Below, piece after piece: positions 26,861-39,420 of a DNA stretch of 64,000 nt. The translations under genes were made by a program, and so were the position numbers. The stretch is taken from the NCBI GenBank assembly GCA_951406725.2, contig OX597830.1, positions 47,802,001 to 47,866,000 on the forward strand, read 5' to 3'. Positions within the stretch are counted from its first letter, which is position 1, and each line of letters begins with the position of its first letter. This stretch comes from Octopus vulgaris. Lineage: Eukaryota. The notes below the pieces were generated by a model, which saw only the letters and a program-made list of their open reading frames with translations, did no database searches and was not told the DNA's origin.

Positions 26861-27275
26861 TTTTACTCTTTACTCTATTACTTGTTTCAGTCATTTGACT
26901 GTGGCCATGCTGGAGCACCGCCTTTAGTCAAGCAAATTGACCCCAGGACTTATTCTTTGTATGCCTAGTACCTATTCTATCGGTCTCTTTTGCCAAACCG
27001 CTAAGTTACAGGGACGTAAACACACCAACATCGGTTGTCAAGCGATGTTGGGGGGACAAACACAGACACACAAACATATACACACACATACATATATATA
27101 TATATACATATATACGACGGGCTTTTTCCAGTTTCCGTCTACCAAATCCACTCACAAGGCTTTGGTTGGCCCGAGGCTATAGTAGAAGACACTTGCCCAA
27201 GGTGCCACACAGTGGGACTGAACCCGGAACCATGTGGTTGGTAAGCAAGCTACTTACCACACAGGCACTCCTACT
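26861..27275 (-). mobile_element. SINE family A full-length copy
   Basis: Reverse complement of 49031-49450. Confidence 0.85.
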
Positions 27276-27276
27276 C

Positions 27277-27364
<88 letters not shown>

Positions 27365-27696
27365 GGATGGATGGATGGATGATGTATATATATAGAAGCT
27401 TACGCATATGTTTGTGTGAAAGTGTATATTTGTGTGTGGTAGCGTGTTTCTATATGCTTAGGCAAACTTGATTTACTTATCCATGTGTACATATATATAC
27501 ATACATATGTATAGATTATGTATGGTTATGAACATGCTTGTACATACATTTCTGTAGAAGTGTGTGTGCAAGTGTACAAGCCTCTACGTTTGCATTCAAG
27601 TGTGTGTGAGTATGTGTACAATCAAGTGTGTGTTTATGTAGTTGTGTATATGTGTAATAGAGCAACTGTTTATACATTCGTGTGCTGATGTCATAT

Positions 27697-27744
<48 letters not shown>

Positions 27745-28279
27745 TTCCTGTACAAGTGTGAGTTAATATAGAGGTTTATATGCATTTGCAAGTTTATTTA
27801 TCCCTTTGTATTTATGTACATGTCTTTATATATATGAGAGAGGGAGAGAGAGAGAGAGAGGGAGAAAGAGAAAGAGAGAGAGAGAGAGATCTTGCATCCA
27901 GATTGCCAAAGCCAACAACATATGAAGTATAGGAAGGACTTCAAACATTTTCAAACATTTGTGTTGTGAAGCAGAGGGATTTTTTATGGCTAACAAAACC
28001 TTCCAGAACTTTCCACTCTTTCCCTCATTCTCTTCCATCAATGCTAAAGAACTGAAACCGTTTGATTCTACGCTCCTCAAGGTCAACGAACTGACCAATT
28101 TCTCTTGTGGACTAAATGGTGCTAACCAAACCCGTCTCACAACGCCAGTGGATTAGCAGAGCTGACAGAGTGCTAAACAAAATGCCTTACAATATTCTAC
28201 GGCAGCAAGCTGGCAGAATTGCTAATAACCCATCTTCACATCCTGAGCTCAGATTCCCCTGAGTTCAGTAGCTGATTAA

Positions 28280-28501
28280 CCCTTTCCTTATCAACCTGGT
28301 TGAAACCAGCTCTGATTCTGTAATATAAATGTCTTGCTTTCATAAGTTTTGAATTAAAATCTTCCACCAAACCTTAGTCACAATATATGTTCCTAACACT
28401 AGCTTAATGATAACTAAGTTATTTTACTAAATTCTTTGTTATATTTAAAATTAATTGAAAGAAACACAGAGCATCTCAACAGAAATATGGTAAGAAAAGG
28501 G
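28280..28501. mobile_element. piggyBac-type MITE (TTAA-flanked), copy 1
   Basis: TTAA-CCCTTTCCTTA ... TAAGAAAAGGG-TTAA, 222 bp. Confidence 0.8.
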
Positions 28502-28532
28502 TTAAAATATATAATAGAGAAACAATTCTTAA

Positions 28533-28754
28533 CCCTTTCATTACCAACCTGGCTGAAACCGGCTCTGGCTCTGTAGTACAAATGTCTTGTTTCCATGCAT
28601 TTTGAATTAAAATCTTCCACCAAACCTTAGTCACAATTTATGCTCCCAACACTAGCTGAATGATAACTAAGTTATTTTACTAAATTCTTTGTTTCTTTCA
28701 ATTAATTTTAAATATAACACAGAGCATCTCAACAGAAATACAGTAACGAAAGGG
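28533..28754. mobile_element. piggyBac-type MITE (TTAA-flanked), copy 2
   Basis: TTAA-CCCTTTCATTAC ... GTAACGAAAGGG-TTAA, 222 bp, highly similar to copy 1. Confidence 0.8.
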
Positions 28755-29326
28755 TTAACAATGTCAACTGATGAGATTACTAGAAGACCCTCCATGTCAG
28801 CAGTTCTCAAACAATGAGCCACAATGAGTATCTAGGGGCAACTTGAACTTTTAGCAATGTAATTTAAAACTTAAGAAATTCCATATTAATAGTTGAACAT
28901 CAGGAAACACATTTTGTCCATAGTTTCGTAATGCACAACTTGGTAAGCATTAATTTCCCATATAATTTTTTCTAAATTTTAAACTTAAAAATGAATATTT
29001 AAAAAAAATTTTCCATGTGAAATGAGTCAATTATTTTCAATTTTCAGGACCGAATGTGTGAGTAATTTTTTTACTACCAAAGTAGTCTAGCAACATTGTG
29101 TTTGATCTTCAGAGTGTCAAAAAAGTCGAAATGATAGAGAACAGCTGCTCCCTAAGGTTGCTTGAGCAGCTAGAAAGAGCAGTGAAGTCTCTTTTAAATC
29201 ACACTCTACCATCTTCGAAAAAGAAGATTGCATTGGTTAGTGTAGTTCTAAATACACAGGAAAGTCACAGCTAGAACACCTTTCATCATAAGCCAGTCAA
29301 ATCAGGGCAAACCTGGGGCTAAAGTG

Positions 29327-29357
<31 letters not shown>

Positions 29358-29872
29358 TTGTTTTTCTCTCTCTATAAAAGTAGATACTAACAAAAACACA
29401 AGAGAAACCTCACAACTATTTCCTGCTCCAATATAATCAGCTCAATAAACAACTAACCAACCAACCAACCAACCAACCAACCAACCAGCAAAAATAAACA
29501 ACCCACCCCTTTAGATTGCTGCATTAATTATCCCGAAACACCCCCTTCCCACCCTGCCACGCATCCAGTTTACAAGGTTTCCAACAAGAAAATGTCAAAA
29601 TGTCAAACTCTCTCTTTAACACTTCCATCTTTTCCAGATTTGTTGGGATTTTACAAACGAACGAGAAACTTCTGTCTCCAGGTTTGACTAAACAGAATCA
29701 GTGGAACTCTTTTTTGTGTGTGGAAGGAAGACATTATCAGGAGAGAAGTGAGGCGAGGGTAGGTGGTGGTGGTGGCGAGTGGTTTGGGGGAGATGGATGG
29801 ATGGATGAATGGCAAAGTAAATAATGGAGAAAAATCTATAAACAGAAACGGGGAGGGAGAAGAAAGGAAGGG

Positions 29873-30302
29873 GGTGATGATGGTGGTGGTGGTGATGATG
29901 GTGGTGGTGATGATGATGATGGTGATGATGGTGGTGGTGGTGGTGGTGATGGTGGTGGTGGTGGTGATGATGGTGGTGGTGGTGATGATGACGGTGATGA
30001 TGGTGGTGGTGGTGATGATGGTGGTGGTGGTGATGATGGTGGTGGTGGTGATGGTGGTGGTGGTGATGATGGTGGTGGTGGTGGTGATGATTGTGGTGGT
30101 GGTGATGGTGGTGGTGGTGGTGATGGTGGTGGTGATGATGGTGGTGGTGGTGGTGATGATGGTAGTGGTGGTGGTGGTGGTGGTGATGATGGTGGTGGTG
30201 GTGATGGTGGTGGTGGTGGTGATGGTGGTGGTGATGATGGTGGTGGTGGTGGTGATGATTGTGGTGGTGATGATGGTGGTGGTGATGATGGTGGTGGTGG
30301 TG
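29873..30302. repeat. Compound (GGT/GAT)n trinucleotide repeat
   Basis: Direct; source of poly-H, poly-V/M and poly-P/S ORFs. Confidence 0.97.
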
Positions 30303-30848
30303 AGATAACAATGAATAATAACAAAACAGGGAAACCTTGTAAATAAACTTTGAGATAAAGTCTCATCATAGTCGATGACGTTGTTGTTGTTGTTGTTGTA
30401 ATAGTTTTCGGTTGTTGTTGTTGTTCTGAGTTAAGTTGGTTTATATTTTTATAGTTTTATGTTGCATAAACAGATAAATAAATAAATAAATAAATAAATC
30501 TGCAATGAAACTGATAATATAATTTACACCAGTATTGAGTATAGTAAAAACCACCACCACCACCACCACCACCACCACCATCATCACAACAACAGCAGCA
30601 ACACTAGTAGTAGTAGTAGTACTAGTAGTATGTGTTACCACTACTCAATGGTTAGAGTGAAAAATTTCTTATCATAGTTAAACCCATTTTTGGCATTATT
30701 TTTGCATAATTATGGATTTATTTCCATGTTGAATATCCTTTCCTAATATCATTATCAACAGATGAAAAGTATCTGAAATACAACACTATTCATCATCATC
30801 TTCACTTCTCTCACACCAACACCCCACCTCTCTCTCTCTCTCTATCTC

Positions 30849-30909
<61 letters not shown>

Positions 30910-30950
30910 ATATATATATATATATATTTTAATGGGGAAGGCCGGTTTAT

Positions 30951-31011
30951 GGGATTACCCTCGGTTTCCTGGCCATAAGGAGTTTGGCCTTACTGATTAT
31001 CGTCAGATCCC
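30951..31011 (-). ncRNA. Type I hammerhead ribozyme fold on the LMLN sense strand
   Basis: GGGAU-CUGACGA-...GUAAGG(ccaaacu)CCUUAU...-GAAA-CC(gag)GG-UA-AUCCC; stems I and III perfect, GUA triplet; base of stem II mismatched. Confidence 0.7.
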
Positions 31012-31058
31012 CATTCTCCCCACCCATATTTTAAAAAGGTCTTAGGCCAACAGATTTT

Positions 31059-31119
31059 GGGATCTGATGATATGCCATAAGGCCAAACCCCTTATGAACG
31101 AGAAACCCAGAGTAATCAC
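31059..31119 (+). ncRNA. Type I hammerhead fold, more degenerate partner
   Basis: GGGAU-CUGAUGA-..CAUAAGG(loop)CCUUAUG..-GAAA-CCCAGAG-UA-AUCAC. Confidence 0.55.
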
Positions 31120-31229
31120 ATAAACCAGCCACCCCTATTAAAATACTAACTGCTCTACATCTTAGAGTGTGCTTCTTCCTTGGATTTATGTTTTCTACAA
31201 ACCATACAAATACATATATATATATATAT

Positions 31230-31269
<40 letters not shown>

Positions 31270-31271
<2 letters not shown>

Positions 31272-32040
31272 CATCATCATCATCATCATCATTTAGCGTC
31301 CGCTTTCCATGCAAGCATGGATTGGACGGTTCAACTGGGGTCTGTGAAGCCAGAAGGCTGCATCAGGCCAAGTCTGATCTGGCAGTGTTTCTACAGCTGG
31401 ATGCCCATCCTAACGCCAACCACTCCGTGAGTGTAGTGGGTGCTTTTTACGTGCCACCCGCACAGGTGCCAGACGGAGCTGGCAAACGGCCACGAACGGA
31501 TGGTGCTTTTACGTGCCACCGGCACAGAGGCCAGTCGGGGTGGCGCTGGCTATATATATATATATATATAATGCACAACTCTGGATCCTTGAGGCATTTT
31601 GAAAACTTCTTCCAAACGTGGTCAATGCCAGTACCCCTGACTGGCTCCCATGCTAGTGGCACATAATAAGCACCATCCAAACATGACCGATGCCAGTACC
31701 CGCTGACTGGCTCTCGAGCTGGTGGCATGTAAAAAGCACAACCTGAATATGGCTGAAGCCAGTACCTTCTGAGTGGCCCCCGTGCTGGTGGCACATAAAA
31801 AGCACAATCCGAACGTGATTGATGCCAGTACCCTCTGAGTGGCCTCCATGCCAGTGACATGTAAAAAGCACCCACTACACTCTCGGAGTGGTTAGCATTA
31901 GGAAGGGCATCCAGCTGTAGAAACTTTGCCAGATCAGATTGGAGCCTGGTGACACCTTCTGGCTCGCCAGACCTCAGTCAAACCATCCAACCCATGCCAG
32001 CATGGAAAACAGACACTAAATGATGATGATGGTGATGACG
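31270..32040. mobile_element. Two RTE 3'-tail copies in opposite orientation (31270-31550 minus, about 31610-32040 plus)
   Basis: (CAT)n at left end, (GAT)n at right end, shared tail and about 60 bp UTR repeats. Confidence 0.8.
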
Positions 32041-32080
32041 ACAACACACACACACACACTCATGTTTTGAGTTCTATTTT

Positions 32081-32128
<48 letters not shown>

Positions 32129-32137
32129 TATATTTTT

Positions 32138-32207
<70 letters not shown>

Positions 32208-32502
32208 GCATGATAAAAGGTGAGAAGATGCTGAGTTGGTAAGGACGTAAATTAATTCATTAACATAGTTCCAAGGTAAAAACTGAATGCAAATAAATTT
32301 TTTAAAAAAGCCCATGTACATTTTGATTCCAGCCTAGAAATAAATGCATAATTTCAAGAATTAGATTATATCCAATGATGAGAATTAATTACCATTTTCA
32401 ATAACATAGAGTAGAATCTCCTCAGGATTTTTGCTTTTTTTAAAAGAAACAGGAAGGTTATATGCTTATGGAAGGGATTAAATTAATATATATATATATA
32501 TA

Positions 32503-34522
32503 TCATCATCATCATCATCATCATTTAGCGTCCGTTCTCCATGCTAGCATGGGTTGGACGGTTCAACTGGGGTCTGTGAAGCTGGAAGGCTTCATCAGGT
32601 CCAGTCAGATCTGGCAGTGTTTCTACGGCTGGATGCCCTTCCTAACGCCAACCACTCCGTGAGTGTAGTGGGTGCTTTTTTACGTGCCACCCGCACAGGT
32701 GCCAGACAGAGCTGGCAAACGGCCACGAACGGATGGTGCTTTTACGTGTCACCGGCACGGGGCCAGGCGAGGCTGGCAACGGACACGAACGGATGGTGCT
32801 TTTACGTGCCACCAACACGGGGGCCAGACAGAGCTGGCAAACGGCCACGAAACGGATGGTGCTTTTACGTGTCACCGGCACGGGGGCCAGGCGAGGCTGG
32901 CAACGGACACGAACGGATGGTGCTTTTACGTGTCACCGGCACGGGGGCCAGACAGAGCTGGCAAACGGCCACGAACGGATGGTGCTTTTACGTGTCACCG
33001 GCACGGGGGCCAGACAGAGCTGGCAAATGGCCACGAATGGATGGTGCTTTTACGTGTCACCGGCACGGGGGCAAGGCCAGGCTGGCAACGAACACGAACG
33101 GATGGTGCTTTTACGTGCCACCGACACGGGGGCCAGACAGGGCTGGCAAACGGCTACGAACGGATGGTGCTTTTACGTGTCACCTGCACGGGGGCCCTGA
33201 TGTTGATCGACCTCAATTTGGTTTGATTTTGATTTTGACTGTTCTCACTGGTCTTGCCGGGTTTTCTCACGCACAGCATACTTCCAAAGGTCTCGGTCAC
33301 TGGTCATTTCCTTGGTGAGACCTAAAGTTCGAAGGTCGTGCTTCACCACCCCGACCCAGGTTTTCCTGGGTCTACCTCTTCCACAGGTCCCCTCAACTGC
33401 CAGGGTGTGGCACTTTCGCACACAACTATCTTCAGCCATTCTCATCACATGACCATACCAGCGCATACATCTCTCTTGCACACAACAACTGATGCTTCTT
33501 AGGTTCAACTTTTCTCTCAAGGTACTTACACTCTGTCGATTATGAACACTGACGTTACACATCCATCGGAGCATACTAGCTTCATTTCTTGCGAGCTTAC
33601 GCAAATCCTCAGCAGTCACAGCCCAAGTTTCACCACCATGTAGCATGGCTGTACGTACACATGCATCATACAGTCTGCCTTTTACTTTGAGAGAGAGGCC
33701 TTTTGTCACCAGCAGGGGTAAGAGCTCTCTAAACTTTGCCCAGGCTATTCTTACTCTAGCAGTTATACTTTCAGTGCACCCGCCCCCGCTACTGACTTGG
33801 TCACCTAGGTAACGGAAACTATCAACTACTTCTAGCTTTTCTCCCTGGAAAGTGACAGAAGTTGGTCTCAGAGCATTTTCAGTGTTAATTGTTCCTGAGC
33901 ATCTGCCACATATAAAAACCATCTTCCTAGTTAGCCTTCCTTTGACATTGCTGCACCTCTTATGTGTCCATAGCTTACACTTGGTGCATCTTATAGAGTT
34001 TCTACCTACACCTTTTCTACAGATCGAGCAGGGCCATCTACCTGAAGGCGTTTGTGATTGGTCTACCTTCCTACTTATTAGGACTTTGGTTTTGGCTAGG
34101 TTGATTCTAAGGCCCTTCGATTCTAAACCTTGCTTCCATACCTGAAACTTCTCCTCTAGTTCTGATAGTGACTCAGCAATTAGAGCAAGGTCATCAGCAT
34201 AGAGGAGCTCCCAGGGGCATCCTGTCTTGAATTCCTCCATTATTGCCTGGAGGACTATGATAAATAGGAGGGGACTGAGGACTGAACCTTAGTGGACCCC
34301 AACCTCTACCCTGAATTCTTCACTGTACTCGGTGCCAACCCTCACCTTACTAGCAGCATCTCTGTACATGGCTTGTACAGCTTTCACTAACCATTCATCT
34401 ATCCCTAGTTTCCTCATTGACCACCAGATGAGGGATCGGGGGACCCTGTCGAATGCTTTCTCCATATCAACAAAAGCCAGGTATAGGGGCTTGTCTTTGG
34501 CTAGGTATTTCTCCTGCAGCTG
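32503..34522 (-). mobile_element. 5'-truncated RTE-clade LINE: RT region, 3' UTR tandem repeats and (TGA)n tail
   Basis: AFVDMEKAFDRV, GVH*GSVLSPLLF (TAA at 34289-34291), LLYADDL, FRYLG, WYGHV, GRGRPRKTW; ORF stop 33245; TA tracts on both flanks. Confidence 0.93.
32660..33195. repeat. About 60 bp tandem repeat (about 9 units) in the LINE 3' UTR
   Basis: Core gaacggatggtgcttttacgtg(t/c)caccggcacggggg with two alternating variable parts. Confidence 0.9.
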
Positions 34523-34996
34523 ATGATATATATATATATATCATCATCATCATCATCATTTAAGTATCCATAGTCCATGCTGGCATAGGCTGGACGGTTT
34601 GACCAGGGCTGGTAAGCTGAGGGGTTGCACCAGATTCTAGTCTGATTTGGTACGGTTTCTAAGGCTGAATGCCCTTCATAATGCCAACCACTCCAAGAGT
34701 ATAATGGGTGCTTTTATTTACCTGTCTCTTTAGAGAGGACAAGCTGCTAACAGGCCATAAATCTCAACTTTTACTAGAGTTTGGCATCTCCCGTGTGCTC
34801 AACAGTGAGTACATTTCTGATGTAAATCTACTTTGACCCAAAAGACAGGAGCCACAGAAGTGACAGTATGAATCTCAATGTTGTCACTCAACCATACAAG
34901 TATACCAGACAAATCTCTAACGAGTAACACCTTAAAAGAAGGTAAGAACACATTAACCAAAGCAGTTTTAGATGAGCTCAAATGACAAGAGAGACA

Positions 34997-35250
34997 AGGT
35001 CTGTTTGATCCGAAGTTGATCCACAGGTCTAGTTGATCCAAGGTTGATCCACAAGTCTGGTTGATCCGAGGTTGATCCACAGGTCCAGTTGATCTGAGGT
35101 TGATCCACAAGTCTGGTTGATCCAATGTTGATCCACAAGTCTGGTTGATCTGAGGTTGATCCACAGGTCCAGTTGATCTGAGGTTGATCCACAGGTCTGG
35201 TTGGTCCAAGGTTGATCCACAAGTCTGGTTGATCCGAGGCTGATCTGAGG
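34997..35250. repeat. 28 bp minisatellite built from GGTTGATC subunits (about 9 copies)
   Basis: ggttgatccacaggtccagttgatctga and variants. Confidence 0.9.
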
Positions 35251-36024
35251 TCACTCAACAACAACAAATAGCCATCAAAATACTAACTAATATTGCTTTC
35301 AAATTTTGGCACAGGGAAAGTTGATTATGTTGAACCTAGTGCACAGCTGGTACTTATTGACCTTGAAAGGATGAAAGGCAAAGTCATTTTGCCCAGCTTG
35401 CTAACAATTCTGCCAGCTTCTGCCTCAGAATACAATCCAATATTAAGATATTATTCCATGAAAAATGTACCAGTAATTCTTAATTTTCTACACAAAATAA
35501 ACAAGTAATTTTTCTATTTTCCAATATTTTGTCTGATCTCTAAGTACATCAGGAAGCTAAACCGATTGGAAACCACTACTTTCTGTGGTTGCTTGACCAG
35601 TTAGAAACGACAGTGAAATCTTCTTCAAATCAGTGTAACCCAATTCAACTGTGGGAACCCACTGCAGAGATTATATTTGTGAAGTGCCTGAAGCCCACAT
35701 GAATGAAAGTTTAGAAGTTTTACCACTGCTAGAATTGAACTCAGTAACAGAAACTAATTAAGTATTTAATTCATTCATGCCACAGCCCCGTCACTGTTGC
35801 CAACAGCAACAATCTATAAACTATTCTATGATATTTATTTATAACCAGAGACATGAGGTTGCTGACAATAAAACATCTTCACCATCCATTCTTTGAAATG
35901 AAGCAGGAGTTGTCAATTATTTATCAAAATATTCCCACATGTTAATGATCCAGGAACTTCTGATTGCTTGTATGTGCGTGAATGCAGACAGGTGTACAGG
36001 GATTTATCTAATTATATCCCTATA

Positions 36025-36067
<43 letters not shown>

Positions 36068-36120
36068 TATATATATATATATATATATAGTTTATATATA
36101 TATATATATATATCGTTTAT

Positions 36121-36470
36121 ATTTTACTTGTTTCAGTCATTAGACTGCGGCCATGCTGGGGCACCACCTTGAAGAATTTTTAGTCAAATGAATTGGCCCC
36201 AGGACATCTTTTTTTTTTTTTTGCTAAGCCTGGTATTTATTCTATCAGTCTTGCTTGCTGAATAGCTAAGTTACAGGGATGTAAACACACCAACAATGGT
36301 TATCAAGCGGTGGTGGGAGACAAACACAAAAACACACACACACACATATGGCAGGTTTCTTCTAGGCTATAGTAGAAGACACTTGTCCAAGGTGTCATGC
36401 AGTGGGACTGAACCCAGAATTGTGTTGGTTGGGAAGCAAGCTTCTTGCCACACAGCCATGCCTGCACCTG
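36121..36470 (-). mobile_element. SINE family A copy with internal deletion
   Basis: Tail and head match family A. Confidence 0.75.
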
Positions 36471-38159
36471 TATATATATATATATATCGTCATCAAAGTT
36501 TTCGCTTTACACCCACTGTTTTCCTAGATGGGGTCAGGGAACCCTTCCTAACACCAACCACTTTACAGAGTGTACTAGGTGCATTTTAATGGGTTCCAGC
36601 ACCAGGGAGGACATGGGTGAGAGAGTGGTGGACAGCAGCACCATGGCAAAAAAGAAGCACAGTAGAAACAATACATGTGCGCATGCATGGATGTCAGCAA
36701 GAATTACTACATGAAAATTAGTTAAGCTATTGCATAATGTATTCATTTGGCTGAGGCGCCAAGAGCTTTCTAGAAATAATAAACAAATTCTAAGGTTACA
36801 TTCTATGCCGCAAGTGCTGCAGATCAGAAATGCATCAGATGGAGATGAGAGATAAGATGAAAATAAAGAAACGAAGATAATAATCACAGATAAGTTACTT
36901 TGTAAATAAATACTTAAAACACAGAAAAGAGAACAAGAAAAAAAAAAAGCAAAATGAATTAGAAATAAGATTAAATGTTTTAGGAAAAAAAAATACTGTT
37001 AGTCTTACTTTCTCTCTCTCTCTCTCTTTTATCATATAGAGAAATTATGATCTTACAAAATTAGTCATTCTCTAGGCATGAATCTAGAAAAGATGATGCA
37101 GTAGCAGTGAACAAGATTAATGCTAACCATCATCATTAGCATAAGAGTCATCACAATCATCATCCATGGTACCACAGATAATTGTGATTCAAGTGAAGCT
37201 GGTGATAGTTATCAGGGATTGCAATGTTGATAGAGACTATAGTGATGGTGATGATGGTAATCAATCAGCACTAGTGCAATGATTGATCATGCAACAACAC
37301 TGACAACAAATGATAATGTCCGTGATGCCCCTACATGGTCATGTGGCGAGCCAGAAATAGCAGAGAAATTTTCTTCAAATCACACTGCATCCAACCATTT
37401 TAATCAGAGTAGGACACAAGATATACATATTAGGTCTGGAAATAATGATGGAATGGTCATAGCTGGAATGCTGTTGGTCAACAGACAAAGCAACCAGAAC
37501 AGACCTAGGGTCAAACAACAGTAATAAAACAGGGATTTAAAAATTTATGATGATGACGTGTGATGACATCAAAGATAATGGTGATGATGATGATAATGGT
37601 GGCGGTGGTTTAATGATATAATGAGTACAATAGGCTGTTGATGATGGTGATGATGATTGACTGACCGAATGATGTCAAGAAGTGCCATGTCTGCAATGAT
37701 GCCATTGTGATGGCAATCTTCAGTGGTGAAACGAACAAGTTAATTTTTTTTTTCAATACTTTATCATCAATAACAGTGCCATGGAGTGGCACTATATATG
37801 ACACAATCAGACAAATTCGGAGACATCAGACACACCTTCATCACACTACACACGCACACATTCGTAACACTTATTCACACACACACACATTCGTAACACT
37901 TATTCACACACACACACACATATACACACACTTCTTTATCATACTCACTCATATACACTTGCACACACACACACACACTTCCCCATAACACTTATTTGTA
38001 CACACAAATACACACACATACACACACACACACACACAGCCATTATCAGGGCTGTAAAATCGGAGTCGGAAACAATTAAGGAGTAGCTGGAGTCAGAGTT
38101 AGATTCAGTAAAACTATACCGACTCCGATTCACATCTTTATTCTTTAATATAAACCAGT

Positions 38160-38558
38160 TATAACATTGAAAAATACCTTAGGAATGAGAACTCAGGTTC
38201 GAAATTTCCCCCAAGACACCTGATGAAGGCTGGAGGGTATATCAGCCAAAAGGCGGCGAGCTGGCAGAAACGTTAGCATGCCGGATGAAATGCTTAGCGG
38301 TATTTCGTCTGTCGTTACGTTGTGAGTTCAAATTCCGCCGAGGTCGACTTTGCCTTTCATCCTTTCGGGGTCGATAAATTAAGTACCAGTTCCGCACTGG
38401 GGTCGATGTAATCGACTTAATACCTATGTCTGTCCTTGTTTGTCCCCTCTATGTTTAGCCCCTTGTGGGTAATAAAGAAATAGGTATATCAGCCAAAACA
38501 TTGTGTTAACAACAAACAAAATGGGGACAAATACCCGTCGAATGTAAATAATGTACAG
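38160..38558 (+). mobile_element. Headless copy of the 17495 hammerhead element, interrupted by a SINE
   Basis: gaaatttcccccaagacacctgatgaaggctggagggtatatcagccaaaa[SINE]cattgtgttaacaacaaacaa. Confidence 0.8.
38252..38482 (+). mobile_element. Young SINE family B insertion with perfect 16 bp TSD
   Basis: GGTATATCAGCCAAAA at 38236-38251 and 38483-38498; CpGs retained; B-box-like GAGTTCAAATTCC. Confidence 0.92.
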
Positions 38559-39029
38559 TTATAAGATATAGGCCTACTCAAAGTACAAGTGTATGCATAT
38601 GCTTTATGAGATATGTAGACCACAGTCACTTAATTACATAAGGAGGAGTCAGAGTTGGAGGTGCCAATAGTAGAGGAGTTGGAGTCAAAGTTTTTTGTTT
38701 TGACTCTTGCCCACGACCACAAATACATTTTGCCATTAGAGTAATATTATAGGAGGACTCGGTGTCCCTGCGACTATTTTGTCTGTTGCTGACACCTTTG
38801 ATTCCTTGGCCGAACTCTTCTGCATGCAAATAGCTTTTGCCGTGAAGAGTGGATAAATCGACTCTTAGACATGGATCTTTGGAATGGTCTGCAAGAGTTG
38901 ACAACAAAGCGAAAGCATAGCACCAAAAGTTCTCAACATTTCAGGAAAGACATTTTTTGTGAAAGTAAGACAAGGGAAATGTGCAAAATCTGCCTCAAAA
39001 TTTGAGATTTAATCAAAATAATCAAGATA

Positions 39030-39420
39030 GGTTTGGATGCATGATTAAGAAACTTCCATACCAAACACGTGGTTTGGGGTTCAATCCCATTGCCTGGCAC
39101 CTTGGGTAAGTATCTTCTGCTATAGCCCTCGGCTGACCAAATACCTTGTAAGTGGACTTTGTTGGCGGTAACTATGCGGAAGCTTTTCACATACATATAT
39201 GTATGTGTGCTCGTGTGTGTGTTTGTCTTTGTTCTGTCCATCACTACCAGCACTTGCTAACTGGTGTTGGTTTGTTTACGTCCTTGTAGTTTAGCAATTT
39301 GGTAAAGAAGACTGATAGACTATGTGCCAGCTTTAAAGAATAAGTACAGGCGTTGCTTTGCTTGACTAAACATTTCATGGCAATGCCCCAGCATGGTCAC
39401 AGCATGAAAGGTAAAGGAAG
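39030..39420 (+). mobile_element. SINE family A copy, diverged
   Basis: Head, body and tail motifs recognisable. Confidence 0.7.

Larger units (their letters stand above)
30927..31143. repeat. Inverted repeat (about 85 bp arms), each arm containing a hammerhead fold
   Basis: 30927-31012 is the diverged reverse complement of 31058-31143; follows a (TA)n tract. Confidence 0.85.

Noticed and set aside
29688-30369. Poly-His and extensin-like ORFs
   Set aside because: Trinucleotide repeat open in several frames on both strands; no splice or domain support.
32660-33195. Repeat-spacer pattern resembling CRISPR, and overlapping 150-250 aa ORFs
   Set aside because: The spacers are two recurring variants and the array is a LINE 3' UTR; ORFs arise from the repeat.
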